Assembly: GCA_043753995.1 (NCBI GenBank)
Contig: JAYUVP010000234.1
Location: forward strand, 1-59,132
Origin: Fibrobacterota bacterium
GTDB lineage: Bacteria > Fibrobacterota > Fibrobacteria > UBA11236
Length of the DNA: 59,132 nucleotides
Direction: 5' to 3'
The position numbers and the translations under genes were made by a program. This document shows, piece by piece, positions 47,993 to 57,153 of the stretch (the stretch's first letter is position 1; every line of letters begins with the position of its first letter). The notes below the pieces were generated by a model. The model worked only from the letters and a program-made list of their open reading frames with translations, was not told where the DNA came from and did no database searches.

Positions 47993-49395
47993 GCGCCAAG
48001 CACGGCGGATTCGATCACCGATTTCAAAACGCGCATATCCGGACGGGAATCGGTGGCTCCCGTTAAGGCGAGCGCGCGTAAGGCCGGGTCTTCGGACATC
48101 AGCAAGGGGCCTTGGTCGGGGTTGTCCACGGGCGTGCCATGGCTGCCCTTGATCAAGGAGGCATCCAGGGGTATCACGTCCATCAAATAGCGAAATCCCA
48201 ATTTCTTTTGCGCCAGCTTGAAGGCCATTTTGAGCTTGACCAGGGGCTGCTTGGGATCGAAGAGGAGCTCCGCCGGATCGTAACCTGGCTTGCGATGAAT
48301 GTCGACGCAGCGGGCGAAGTCGGGCGCCAGGGCGTCGTCAAGCCAGTAATAATAGGTGTACCAGCAATCGGGTTCGGCCATGAGCACGACATCGCCGGCT
48401 CTTTCATGATCGAGGCCGTAACGCGCGCGTTCCGCCCCATGCAGCACCTTGCGCGTGCCCGGCGTCTTTTCGAAGAGGCCAATCACCTTCGCAAGCGCGC
48501 TCTTGTCATTGAGATAAATGTGACAGATTTGATGATCGCTCACCGCGAAAGCGCGGCTCGCTCCGGCATCGAGCATTTCCCAGCTCACGCTTGGACGCGT
48601 TTCCAGCAGGCCCGCTTCGCGCAGCAGGCGATTGGGGTGTATGCATCGCGTCACGCGCGTGATACCGTATTCCGAGACGATCAGGGTTTTCACTCCGGCG
48701 CGCGAATAAAAATCGAGTAATTCACCCGCCACGGTGTCGATGGCATGCAATTCGGTGGCAATGGCCGGGTCATCCGGGCCGAGCCTTTGCAGGGCATAAT
48801 CGAGATGCGGGAAATAAACCAGGCTCAAGGTGGGGTGGTGTTTATTCCAAGTCCACTTCGCGCTTTCGGCTATCCATTGCGAGCTGGGCAGGCCAGAACC
48901 CGGCCCCCAAAACGAGTGAAAGGGAAAGGGGCCGAGATCGCGCACCATAGGATCATGCATGGATTGAGGCGAGGTATACACGTCGAAGATTTTGCGTCCA
49001 TCGGCGGGATAATGCGGCCTGGGCGTCACCATAGTGTCGACGGGGGCATACATATTATACCACCAGAACAATTTGGCGCAGGTGAAGTCGGCATGGCGAC
49101 GCTTCAGGCTTTCATAAACCTTTTCGCCTTGCATGAGATGATTGCTTTGCTTCCAAAAACCCACTTCGGCGAGATCGTGAAAATACCAGCCATTGCCCAC
49201 AATGCCATGCTGCGAAGCATTTTGTCCCGTGAGCATGGTGGCCTGGCTCGTGCACGTGACGGCGGGAAAAGGCTCGCGCAAAGGCAGCATCCAACCGCGA
49301 CTGAGAAAGGCTTTGAGACGCGGCGTATGCTCTCCGATATGGCGCGGCGTCAGGCCGACAATATTGAGAACGGCGGTAGGTTGTAGGGATGGCAT
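47989..49395 (-). CDS. eboF: Alkaline phosphatase / nucleotide pyrophosphatase family protein, EboF type
   Basis: NIVGLT, PAVTCTSQ, HGIVGNGW, FWWYNM, YPADGRK, DIHRKPGYDPAEL and KGSHG. Confidence 0.9.
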   Translation of the reverse strand: MPSLQPTAVLNIVGLTPRHIGEHTPRLKAFLSRGWMLPLREPFPAVTCTSQATMLTGQNASQHGIVGNGWYFHDLAEVGFWKQSNHLMQGEKVYESLKRRHADFTCAKLFWWYNMYAPVDTMVTPRPHYPADGRKIFDVYTSPQSMHDPMVRDLGPFPFHSFWGPGSGLPSSQWIAESAKWTWNKHHPTLSLVYFPHLDYALQRLGPDDPAIATELHAIDTVAGELLDFYSRAGVKTLIVSEYGITRVTRCIHPNRLLREAGLLETRPSVSWEMLDAGASRAFAVSDHQICHIYLNDKSALAKVIGLFEKTPGTRKVLHGAERARYGLDHERAGDVVLMAEPDCWYTYYYWLDDALAPDFARCVDIHRKPGYDPAELLFDPKQPLVKLKMAFKLAQKKLGFRYLMDVIPLDASLIKGSHGTPVDNPDQGPLLMSEDPALRALALTGATDSRPDMRVLKSVIESAVLGA

Positions 49396-49560
49396 GAGAT
49401 CGACTTTATTTTCAAGTTAGAATGATGGGCCTATTTTACTTGGAATGAAGAATTAGAGCCACTTTTGGGCCGTAAAGTGGATTTGAGCACCCCCCAGGAT
49501 TTTCGGCCTTCACGTCGAGCGGAAATCCTATCCAAGGCTATGCTGATCTATGAGCAATAA
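49396..49560 (+). pseudogene. Relic of a minimal nucleotidyltransferase (MNT antitoxin) gene
   Basis: Hand translation EIDFIFKLE*WAYFTWNEELEPLLGRKVDLSTPQDFRPSRRAEILSKAMLIYEQ*; GRKVDL and terminal I.....IY match the MNT C-terminal half; in-frame stop and no N-terminal GS motif. Confidence 0.7.
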
Positions 49561-49574
49561 GGTCGACCCTGCCT

Positions 49575-50789
49575 TCACCCGTTGATCTCCACGCCGTTCG
49601 GCGTTTGCGCAATCACGAACTCCATTTCTCGCGCCAGGGCAACCGCTAGCGCCGCATCGTCTAGAGGCCGCTCCGACGACGGCAATACCGACCAGGTATA
49701 AGTCTCTACTTCGAAGTGACGGCACAAGTCCTTAGCCAGGGCATAGCGATAAGCTCGCACCATATCGTCGCGTGTCGTGCGCACCGCCGCCGGATCCAAT
49801 AACGTTTCGGCTTGCAGGGGCAAATGATAATGAGTGCGCCAGGTACGGCCCCAGTCCGCGGCATCGGCCTTTTCCAAGGCCTCCGGTAAATCATCGAAGT
49901 CTTTGACCCCTTCGTCTCCCGCGCCAGTAACCGAGGCGATACGGGTTTGATGCAGGAATTTCGCCTCGGCGAAAGCTTGTCTTGTCGCCAGGCTTTTCCG
50001 CGAGGCATCGGGCATGAATTCCAAAGCGCTCGAAAGCTGCATTTTATGGATGGCGATGCCCGCGCCATGCAAAGCCGCCAAAGAAGCTTCGGGGTTTTCG
50101 AATTGCACCGCCTGATGGCAGGTGTCATAGCACAAGCCAAGGTAACGTGAAAGAGACGACTCTTGTCCGCTACTCTGGGCGGCGGGCAGCAAATCCTCAC
50201 GCCAAAACTTTAAAACCTGCGGGGTGCGCTCCAGCATGCAACCGGGCTCAGGTTCCAGGGCCAGGGCCAGCCGCTTGCCGGTTTTCGCCTCCAGCTCGGC
50301 GGCAAAGGCTGCGAAGGCAAGCAAATGGGACACGGCAGCCCGGGTTTTATCCGGCGTCCAGCCCATTCGCCATCCCAAGGGCAGGGTCGAAATCGATCCG
50401 AAGCCGCCCTCGGGTAAAAGTGAGGCCATTAATGAGGCGCAAGTCTGGGTGTATTGCAGGCGCTGCGGTTCAGTCCAATCGGGGCTATAAACCTTGGTTT
50501 TAACCACGGCCTCGTGAAAATTTCCAAAAGGAAAAGCATTGCAAGTGAAGGCCCGGAGGCCATGCTCTGCGAGAAAATTCCGCAATTTCGCCGGGTCTTG
50601 CGCTGCGGCTTGCGCCAAAGGCGCTTGCCACCAAAGCCCAAGAGGCATGGATTTCCAGGTGAATCCCGCATTTCCCCGCATTAATTGAGCGCGCACGGCG
50701 GGGCCAAAAAACGCTAAGGAGCGGTGCCAGGTTTCCGCATCGCCCAGGGCATGCACATTGGTGCAATAAGTCAGCTGTATGGAACTCAA
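49575..50789 (-). CDS. eboE: EboE-type TIM-barrel protein
   Basis: YCTNVH, NAFPFGNFH, K.KVY.PDW, ISTLPL, LEPEP, YDTCH, KMQLSSAL, LHQ, WR.H.H.P and EVETYTWSVLP. Confidence 0.92.
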   Translation of the reverse strand: MSSIQLTYCTNVHALGDAETWHRSLAFFGPAVRAQLMRGNAGFTWKSMPLGLWWQAPLAQAAAQDPAKLRNFLAEHGLRAFTCNAFPFGNFHEAVVKTKVYSPDWTEPQRLQYTQTCASLMASLLPEGGFGSISTLPLGWRMGWTPDKTRAAVSHLLAFAAFAAELEAKTGKRLALALEPEPGCMLERTPQVLKFWREDLLPAAQSSGQESSLSRYLGLCYDTCHQAVQFENPEASLAALHGAGIAIHKMQLSSALEFMPDASRKSLATRQAFAEAKFLHQTRIASVTGAGDEGVKDFDDLPEALEKADAADWGRTWRTHYHLPLQAETLLDPAAVRTTRDDMVRAYRYALAKDLCRHFEVETYTWSVLPSSERPLDDAALAVALAREMEFVIAQTPNGVEING

Positions 50790-50875
50790 AGTCCGAAATT
50801 CCTTGTCAAAAGAATGGGTGCCAGCGAGGAAAGTATGCCCCGAGGTGAACCAATCGCAGTATCTTACACAAAATC

Positions 50876-52093
50876 ATGGTGCAACGGGCCGAGAATACCA
50901 GTGAAAAAAGCGATCGCAAGATCGCCCAGAATCCCACCGCCGAAGCGGCAGTCCATAGCCTTTCGGTCCTAGGGCCGCATGCCGTCGATGGCATCGAATG
51001 TTGGGTTAGCCCTCTTGCGGGTCATACTCCCATTCACTTCGGACGTGGCGCTTTCGACTTGCTTCCTGATTTGCTCGCCGCTGAAAATCCGGATAAGGTT
51101 TTCCTAATTACGGATGCCAAAGTTTTCGGGCTCTTTCGCTCGCCATTGATGCATTTGCTCGGCGAACGCTTCTCGATTGAAACCGTCCTGATTCCTGAAG
51201 GCGAAACCGAAAAAACTCTCGCCAATCTCGAAATAGTCTGCGAGGCGCTTTTCGAACGTGGCATCACACGTTCCAGCGTTGTGCTCACCTTTGGCGGCGG
51301 CGTCGTGCTTAATCTCGGCGGACTCGCAGCCAGTCTTGTCTATCGCGGTGTTCGCTTCATTCACGTTCCGACAACCTTGATGGCGCAAAGTGACGTCATC
51401 ATCTCGAATAAGCAGGCCGTGAATTTCGCGGGCGGAAAGAATCGCCTCGGAGTTTTTCAAACGCCTTTGGCCTGCATAGCCGATCCCCGTTTTTGCAAAA
51501 CGGAATCGCTGCGCCAGCTCAAGGCGGCCATGGTGGAATATGCCAAGAACGCCCTGCTATTAGGCGGGTCACATTATCTCAATGCCATGATTTTCTTCGA
51601 TGAAGGCGATTGGTTTTCCGACGCAAAACTCGATAAACTCTTACGCAATAGCCTATCGCAGAAATTCGAAATCGCCCGCCTCGATCCACGCGAAAAAGGC
51701 CTCGGCCTCATGCTCGAATATGGGCATACCATTGGCCATGCCCTCGAATGGCTATCGCAAGGACGCCTCTTGCATGGCGAAGGTGTATGGCATGGAATGA
51801 ATGTCGCCGGCATGCTCGCCAATCGCATGGGCCTACTCAGCGACGCCGAATACAAACGCCAAAGCTTATTGCTGCAGCACCTCGGCTGCCTCCCCGCCAT
51901 CCCCGCCGAAATCAGTGTCGGGCAAATTCTACAAGCCGTGCAGCGTGACAATAAGAAAACTTCGCAAGGCCTCGGATTCATTCTTCTCGATGGCATCGGG
52001 CAAGTGCATCGCCACGGCACAGGCGTGCTCACCCCGGTGGACGAAAATCTTTTGCGCGAAGTCATCAAAACCTATCGCGGCCCCACCCTGTAA
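50876..52093 (+). CDS. Sugar-phosphate cyclase, 2-deoxy-scyllo-inosose synthase (BtrC)-like
   Basis: DHQS fold with DOIS-type motifs: GGGVVLN, PTT..A.SD...S.KQAVN..GKN, RQLKA.M.E..KN.L, EK..GL.LEYGHTIGHALE, HGE, DNK and LTPV. Confidence 0.8.
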   Translation: MVQRAENTSEKSDRKIAQNPTAEAAVHSLSVLGPHAVDGIECWVSPLAGHTPIHFGRGAFDLLPDLLAAENPDKVFLITDAKVFGLFRSPLMHLLGERFSIETVLIPEGETEKTLANLEIVCEALFERGITRSSVVLTFGGGVVLNLGGLAASLVYRGVRFIHVPTTLMAQSDVIISNKQAVNFAGGKNRLGVFQTPLACIADPRFCKTESLRQLKAAMVEYAKNALLLGGSHYLNAMIFFDEGDWFSDAKLDKLLRNSLSQKFEIARLDPREKGLGLMLEYGHTIGHALEWLSQGRLLHGEGVWHGMNVAGMLANRMGLLSDAEYKRQSLLLQHLGCLPAIPAEISVGQILQAVQRDNKKTSQGLGFILLDGIGQVHRHGTGVLTPVDENLLREVIKTYRGPTL

Positions 52094-52190
52094 ATGGCGT
52101 TGGGGTTGGCTCCGCCTCCCCCCGCCTCGGCCCGTCAAGGTCTCTCGTTCGGTCGGCCTCGGCATCCCCACCGGCGATCCCCTGGAGCTG

Positions 52191-52228
52191 CTAAGTCCTA
52201 AGGCCAACGTAGGGCTTAGTTAGTTTTT
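52191..52228 (+). terminator. Possible intrinsic terminator after the cyclase gene
   Basis: Stem CTAAGTCCTA / TAGGGCTTAG followed by TTAGTTTTT. Confidence 0.4.
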
Positions 52229-52253
52229 GGCCTTTGGATGGATTCACTAATTC

Positions 52254-53180
52254 ATGCTCTGCTTCTCCACCGGGTCTTTGCCGGATTCCGTGACCCAAGG
52301 CGATAGCCCTGCCGCCATTGCCAATCGCTTGGCGCATTGGCTTTTGCCCACGCCTTTTCGCGGGGTCGAATGGGTGATGCGTCCCGAGCATTTGTGCCTC
52401 GCCTCCGATTTGGCTTGGTGGCGCGGTTTGCGCCGCAGCTTAGAGGTGCGCGGCCTCGTGGTGCGCAATGTGCATTTGGGATTTCCCCGCTTGCTCTCAT
52501 CGATACCACATCGGCCCGGGCTTTCCTCGCTGATTCCGTATGGTCGATCCCTGCGCCGCGAGGCGGCTTTGACTTCGGCCCGCTTGGCGGAAATCCTGGG
52601 TAGCCCGCATGTGACCCTGACTACGGGCCTACCAGAGCGTGCCGGCGGAGCTCCGGTGAACTTGCCCCCCCAGGACGCCTTTGCTCGTCCCACACCGCCC
52701 TTCGCGGCGGGAGCCTTCTCGCCGGACTTCGCCGAGCAAGAGCGAGTCTTCCGTTCAGAATTGGCTCTTTTGGTGTCGCAGCGCCCGCGCAACGTGGCCA
52801 TTCTCCTAGAGCAAGAGCCCGAAATGGTGGTCCATTCCGCGGGTCAAATGCTGGCCTTAAGTCGCGCCTTTGAGGGTGATGTCTTTGCCAATTATGATGT
52901 GGGTCACGGCGCCGTGCTGGGTGAAAATATCGCGCAGGCCTTGCTGAGTTTCGGCCCTTATTTGCGCAATGTGCATTTGGAAGACATTCACGGCCATGAG
53001 CATCGCCATTTGCTATTCGGCGCGGGCGACATCGATTTCAATGCGGTATTCCAAGCCCTGAATGACATGGACTATGCAGGTGACCTCACCCCAGACCTAT
53101 ATCCCTTTTGCGAGAATCCCGGGCTTGGATTAAGCCAGTCCAGTGAATTTTTAGCCGGGCATGGCTATTTCCACAGCTGA
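52254..53180 (+). CDS. Sugar phosphate isomerase/epimerase (AP-endonuclease-2 TIM barrel)
   Basis: LEQEPEM, NYDVGH and VHLEDI....H.HL.FG.GDIDF metal-binding motifs. Confidence 0.88.
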   Translation: MLCFSTGSLPDSVTQGDSPAAIANRLAHWLLPTPFRGVEWVMRPEHLCLASDLAWWRGLRRSLEVRGLVVRNVHLGFPRLLSSIPHRPGLSSLIPYGRSLRREAALTSARLAEILGSPHVTLTTGLPERAGGAPVNLPPQDAFARPTPPFAAGAFSPDFAEQERVFRSELALLVSQRPRNVAILLEQEPEMVVHSAGQMLALSRAFEGDVFANYDVGHGAVLGENIAQALLSFGPYLRNVHLEDIHGHEHRHLLFGAGDIDFNAVFQALNDMDYAGDLTPDLYPFCENPGLGLSQSSEFLAGHGYFHS

Positions 53181-53266
53181 TTAAGTCCATGCGAGGAAAT
53201 CGGGAAAAGCAGGGCCTCAATGCCCTGCAAAGGTGGGAGCCAGGCCCTATCTTTAGGGAAATCCTT

Positions 53267-55513
53267 ATGCCCTCCCGTTTCCGCCTTGGATTGGTCCCGG
53301 CCCTCCTCTGGGTATTGCTGCCTTTCCTAGTATCGGCGCAATCCACCTTGTTCTTGGGCGGCAAGATTTACGATCACGACTATGGCGATTTCGGAGGCGA
53401 ATTTTCCAATAGCATTGTTATCGGCTGCGCGGATTCTACTAACAAATCGACCCCGGGCATGGTCGCTGAGACCTTGGGCTTGGATTCTGCCACTGGCCAA
53501 AAAAGGTTACTCAGCGGTCCAAATGAGTTTTGTTCCATGCATTTGGAAAGCTGGTTTGACTCTAAGGACGCTCGGGGCAATACCTGCGCCACCGTGGAGA
53601 TGAGTCAGATCGGTACGGCCGACAAGCCGCGATGGAAATTTGAAGACACGACTTTTTTTGCCGCGGATTCGATCAGCCAGCAAATTCCCTGGGTCAATGC
53701 CCGTGGGCAATTGCAATTGACCCAAGATTTCGCCTATTGCATGGAAATCAATGCGGCCTTGCCTTATCGTGGCGGCGATACCCTGAAATTTCTCGGCGAC
53801 GATGATTTGTGGGTGTTTTTGGATAGGCGATTGGTGGTGGATTTGGGCGGCATACACAAGGCTTTGGCAAAAACCGTGGCCCTAGACAGCCTGCCTTTTT
53901 TACAAGGCAAGCGCGGGCAAGATCTCGACTTAGATGTGTATTACTGCAGTCGCCAGCCAGTGACTTCGGTTTTCGGCATGGAAAGCAATGTCGCCTTGAA
54001 GCCGGTGCAAATGCAGAGTCTGCAAATCGTCGATACGCTCGGCAATCCCATCACCAGCAAGGACGTGGTCATCGGCAAAACCCGCTTATGCTCGCGCGCC
54101 CTTTTTCAAAATCCACTGGATGCGCAATGCGGCAATTATGACCTGCCTCAAGGGCTCAATTTTCGGCCTTCCGATTGGGACATCAATGGCAAGGGGATAT
54201 CCGCTGTCGGAGGGCAATCCTGCATCGATCTCGATCCCGCTGATTTCCCCGACAATACCAAGCTGAATCTTACGGCGCGATCGAATGGCAGAATGGCCCG
54301 CATATCGCTCACTCTCGTGCGAGTGGCTCGCCCCCATGATGGCGTTCTCAAAGGCCAAGGTCGCGCCGAAACCTTGGAAATATTTCTCGACTCTTCCGGC
54401 CGTGCCCGCGAGGGTCTCGTCGTCGATTTTACTTTTCAAGGAAAATTGTATTCGGTCACGGCTTATCCCAATCCCGATACCAGCGTCTATGGCGCGGGGC
54501 GTCATTTATTGGCCAACCTCGACGGCGCGAATCAAGCCCCCTGGGGCCAAACGGGCTTTGCACCCGTAGGTGCCCAAACCCGCCAATACCTTTATGGCCA
54601 TCAAGTGAACATGGTCGTTGGACTGCGTGATGGCGTCAGCCCGGTATTGATGGAGGCCGGCGTGCATTGGGGGAAGCCGCGAAGTGACCCTTCTCTGAAT
54701 TCAAGCGGAGCTTCTCCCGGCCAAGAGTGCAGCGGATTTCCCGCCTATATCGACGTGAAAATGTCGGAAGCCTTGCGTCCTGCCGACTTGTCCACGGGAG
54801 TTTTTCTCGCCAAACTTGGCGGCGATGCTGCCATCGATTTGGCGAATCAAGCCGCGCAATGCCTGGTTTCTCATCCCGCGCATCGACGCCTGCTTATTCC
54901 CGAAGCGCTCGCGGCCAAACTGGGTCGCGGCGACAGCATTAGCTTGGGGGAATCGGCGCGAGACTCGCTAGGCAATGCAGCGCAAAGGCATTTTATCCCG
55001 CTGCAAGTGCCCTTGGTTCTGGAAGGTGGGGTAGGGGGCTTGGGTGTGCTAAACAATCCCACTATCGGCGCCCCATTCGTGCCTTCGGGACCCACTCCCA
55101 ATTTGATACTTGTCACTCAAGACAGGAGACCCATTTTTCCCCGCGAGCCCGATGTCGGTATGGCGGCTACTTTCGGGCCTGTCCTGGTTTTGCCAACTCG
55201 CGTTCCCTTGGCAAGTTTAAAGCTGAAAATTTTCGATCACCTGGGTGGTTTCGTCAATGCTGTGTCGCATGCATTTTCCGAACAAGAATGGGAGACGTTA
55301 CGTGCTTCGTCTGTAGGCGATACGGTATGGGTGCGCTTGCTTTGGGTTCCCGTTTCAGCCATGGGACAGCGAGTGGGGACCGGTGTTTATATCGTGCAAG
55401 GCGAGGCCCGCACCCAGGACGGAGCCACCGTCGTCCAAGGAGGAGAGCAATGGCGTATTCGCAGTAGCCGCGTTAGGCTTGGTCCCTTGCGACTGGGCTA
55501 TGTGAGGAATTAG
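53267..55513 (+). CDS. Fibro-slime (PA14-like) domain protein with C-terminal sorting-like domain
   Basis: Signal peptide; FLGDDDLWVFLDRRLVVDLGGIH fibro-slime motif; C-terminal KIFDHLGGFV...GQRVGTGVYI...LGYVRN. Start 53267 preferred to 53189. Confidence 0.88.
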   Translation: MPSRFRLGLVPALLWVLLPFLVSAQSTLFLGGKIYDHDYGDFGGEFSNSIVIGCADSTNKSTPGMVAETLGLDSATGQKRLLSGPNEFCSMHLESWFDSKDARGNTCATVEMSQIGTADKPRWKFEDTTFFAADSISQQIPWVNARGQLQLTQDFAYCMEINAALPYRGGDTLKFLGDDDLWVFLDRRLVVDLGGIHKALAKTVALDSLPFLQGKRGQDLDLDVYYCSRQPVTSVFGMESNVALKPVQMQSLQIVDTLGNPITSKDVVIGKTRLCSRALFQNPLDAQCGNYDLPQGLNFRPSDWDINGKGISAVGGQSCIDLDPADFPDNTKLNLTARSNGRMARISLTLVRVARPHDGVLKGQGRAETLEIFLDSSGRAREGLVVDFTFQGKLYSVTAYPNPDTSVYGAGRHLLANLDGANQAPWGQTGFAPVGAQTRQYLYGHQVNMVVGLRDGVSPVLMEAGVHWGKPRSDPSLNSSGASPGQECSGFPAYIDVKMSEALRPADLSTGVFLAKLGGDAAIDLANQAAQCLVSHPAHRRLLIPEALAAKLGRGDSISLGESARDSLGNAAQRHFIPLQVPLVLEGGVGGLGVLNNPTIGAPFVPSGPTPNLILVTQDRRPIFPREPDVGMAATFGPVLVLPTRVPLASLKLKIFDHLGGFVNAVSHAFSEQEWETLRASSVGDTVWVRLLWVPVSAMGQRVGTGVYIVQGEARTQDGATVVQGGEQWRIRSSRVRLGPLRLGYVRN

Positions 55514-55534
55514 GGCGCCCTATTTGATAGCCGA

Positions 55535-56281
55535 CTATTGCTCAATCCAAATCACATCGGCTTCCGACCAGTTTTCACCGGTATAGCTGGAGTCGGTATT
55601 CAGTGCATTCTCTGCCGAATAGACCTTGCCATCTTGTGACATCGCCTTGATTTCATATTGCCCCGAGCCTATGCGGGCCATAGTAAAGCTGCCGTCCGCC
55701 CGCGTGGCGGCCTGATAAGGCGAACCCGCGACGAAAATGGATTTCAAGCCCAATTCGCGGCCCTGGTCCCCGATCTTGCCCTGGTAATTCAGCACCGCAG
55801 CCTTGAGATTCAAGCCCACATTTAAACGACCACGGCGATCGGCATCACGCAAGATATTCGCATTTAGCCATTGCTGAAAACGAAGCTTGGTCTTCTCCCG
55901 CACGACTTGAAATCCAACGGTAAAAGCCTCATGGCTACTGCTGCGGCCGACCACATTGAATTCGAAGACATCAGGATTAGGCCAAGTCATGCCCCGAAGC
56001 TTGGCCTCGGCTATGGCAGCGTTCATGGCAGTATCCGATAGGGTCAATGTGTCGCCCGTCGAAGTCGCCCGCACCAGCAGGGGAAGGCTATCGGACGTGG
56101 GATTTTGATAGCGAGCATAAACCCGGACTTCGCCCACCGCTATGGCCTGACCCTGATTGTCTTTCAAGGCTAGAGCTAGGGCAGGATTTTCCACATCGTC
56201 ATAACCCCCTGCGAGGCGATCGCTGCAGGCCAAGATCAGGGCGGCGCCCAAAGCCATCCAGGCAAGCGGTTTAGGGAGCAT
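55535..56281 (-). CDS. Lipoprotein coupled to the TIGR02147 gene
   Basis: Lipobox LILAC followed by GGYDDVEN; C-terminal ADGSFTM.....GQY carboxypeptidase-regulatory-like motif; TGATG overlap with the upstream gene. Confidence 0.8.
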   Translation of the reverse strand: MLPKPLAWMALGAALILACSDRLAGGYDDVENPALALALKDNQGQAIAVGEVRVYARYQNPTSDSLPLLVRATSTGDTLTLSDTAMNAAIAEAKLRGMTWPNPDVFEFNVVGRSSSHEAFTVGFQVVREKTKLRFQQWLNANILRDADRRGRLNVGLNLKAAVLNYQGKIGDQGRELGLKSIFVAGSPYQAATRADGSFTMARIGSGQYEIKAMSQDGKVYSAENALNTDSSYTGENWSEADVIWIEQ

Positions 56282-57153
56282 CAGGTTTTTTTGGGAACGG
56301 AGTTTGGTCCCCATTCCGGTAAAACGAGGTTGGGGAAAAACTGCATGCCTAGGGTGTAAATGCGATCCTCACCTTGGTCGGAGGCCACCAGGGATTTCAA
56401 TTCCTCGCGAAAAATTCGGATCTTTTCCTTCATGGCAGCATAGCCCTTTTTGGAAATATAGACCGTCATATTGTTGAATTCGCGATCCTCTGCAGGCACA
56501 TGGGGAAAGACTTCTTGCGCAAGCTTAAGCATTTCAAGGATGCGCAGCTTGCCGACATAATCCTTATTTTCGCGCTCCGTGGCGATATTGGCGTCCCGAA
56601 GGGCATAGCCATTGGCGGTTTTTCCTATTAGACCCAGCTGCAATAAAAGCTTGATGCCGTCTTCGACTTCTCGCGCTGAAATTTGGGGAAAGATCTTTTT
56701 GCCAATGGCTGTGGCATGATTTTCTTTCGGATGAATGCCGAAAAAAGCCCGCAATATGGAATATTGCCAATGCGAATAGTAGTCGTAGCCTTCTTGGGTA
56801 ATGACACGGGCTTTGGATTTTCGGTAGGTCGACAATTCCTGGTAAAGATGGTTCCGACTTCCGGCATCCTTGCTTTGATTGTGGCGGACCAAGACACCGA
56901 AATACTGCATTTCCGAGGCATTGAGTTTGAGGGCTTTGGCGATTTTGTATTGCAAATCCAAGGTCAAGTTCCGCTTACCGGCGATGACTTTGGAGAAAAA
57001 ACTGGAGTTGGAAACGGGCAGCCCCGCTTCAAGGGTGAAGTTGCGAATCGAAAATCGCTCATGGGTCATGCGCTGCGTCGTGAAGTAGTCTTCCAGGTAG
57101 CGCCGGTAATCCAAATAATCAAAGACCGAGAGATTTTTTTTCGCGACGGGCAT
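56281..57153 (-). CDS. TIGR02147 family protein (Fibrobacter paralogous family, N-terminal HTH-like)
   Basis: VFDYLDYRRYLEDY, FSIRNF, GKRNL, YYSHWQY, EDREF and IYTLGMQFFP. Confidence 0.88.
   Translation of the reverse strand: MPVAKKNLSVFDYLDYRRYLEDYFTTQRMTHERFSIRNFTLEAGLPVSNSSFFSKVIAGKRNLTLDLQYKIAKALKLNASEMQYFGVLVRHNQSKDAGSRNHLYQELSTYRKSKARVITQEGYDYYSHWQYSILRAFFGIHPKENHATAIGKKIFPQISAREVEDGIKLLLQLGLIGKTANGYALRDANIATERENKDYVGKLRILEMLKLAQEVFPHVPAEDREFNNMTVYISKKGYAAMKEKIRIFREELKSLVASDQGEDRIYTLGMQFFPNLVLPEWGPNSVPKKT

Noticed and set aside
50876..52093. Housekeeping 3-dehydroquinate synthase aroB
   Set aside because: Lacks the AroB GGGxxGD, GGKT and NxGHT motifs and has DOIS-type N, KQAVN and EYGH instead; no shikimate genes adjacent.
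50876..53180. Aminoglycoside biosynthetic cluster
   Set aside because: No DOI aminotransferase, dehydrogenase/radical SAM or resistance genes in the window.
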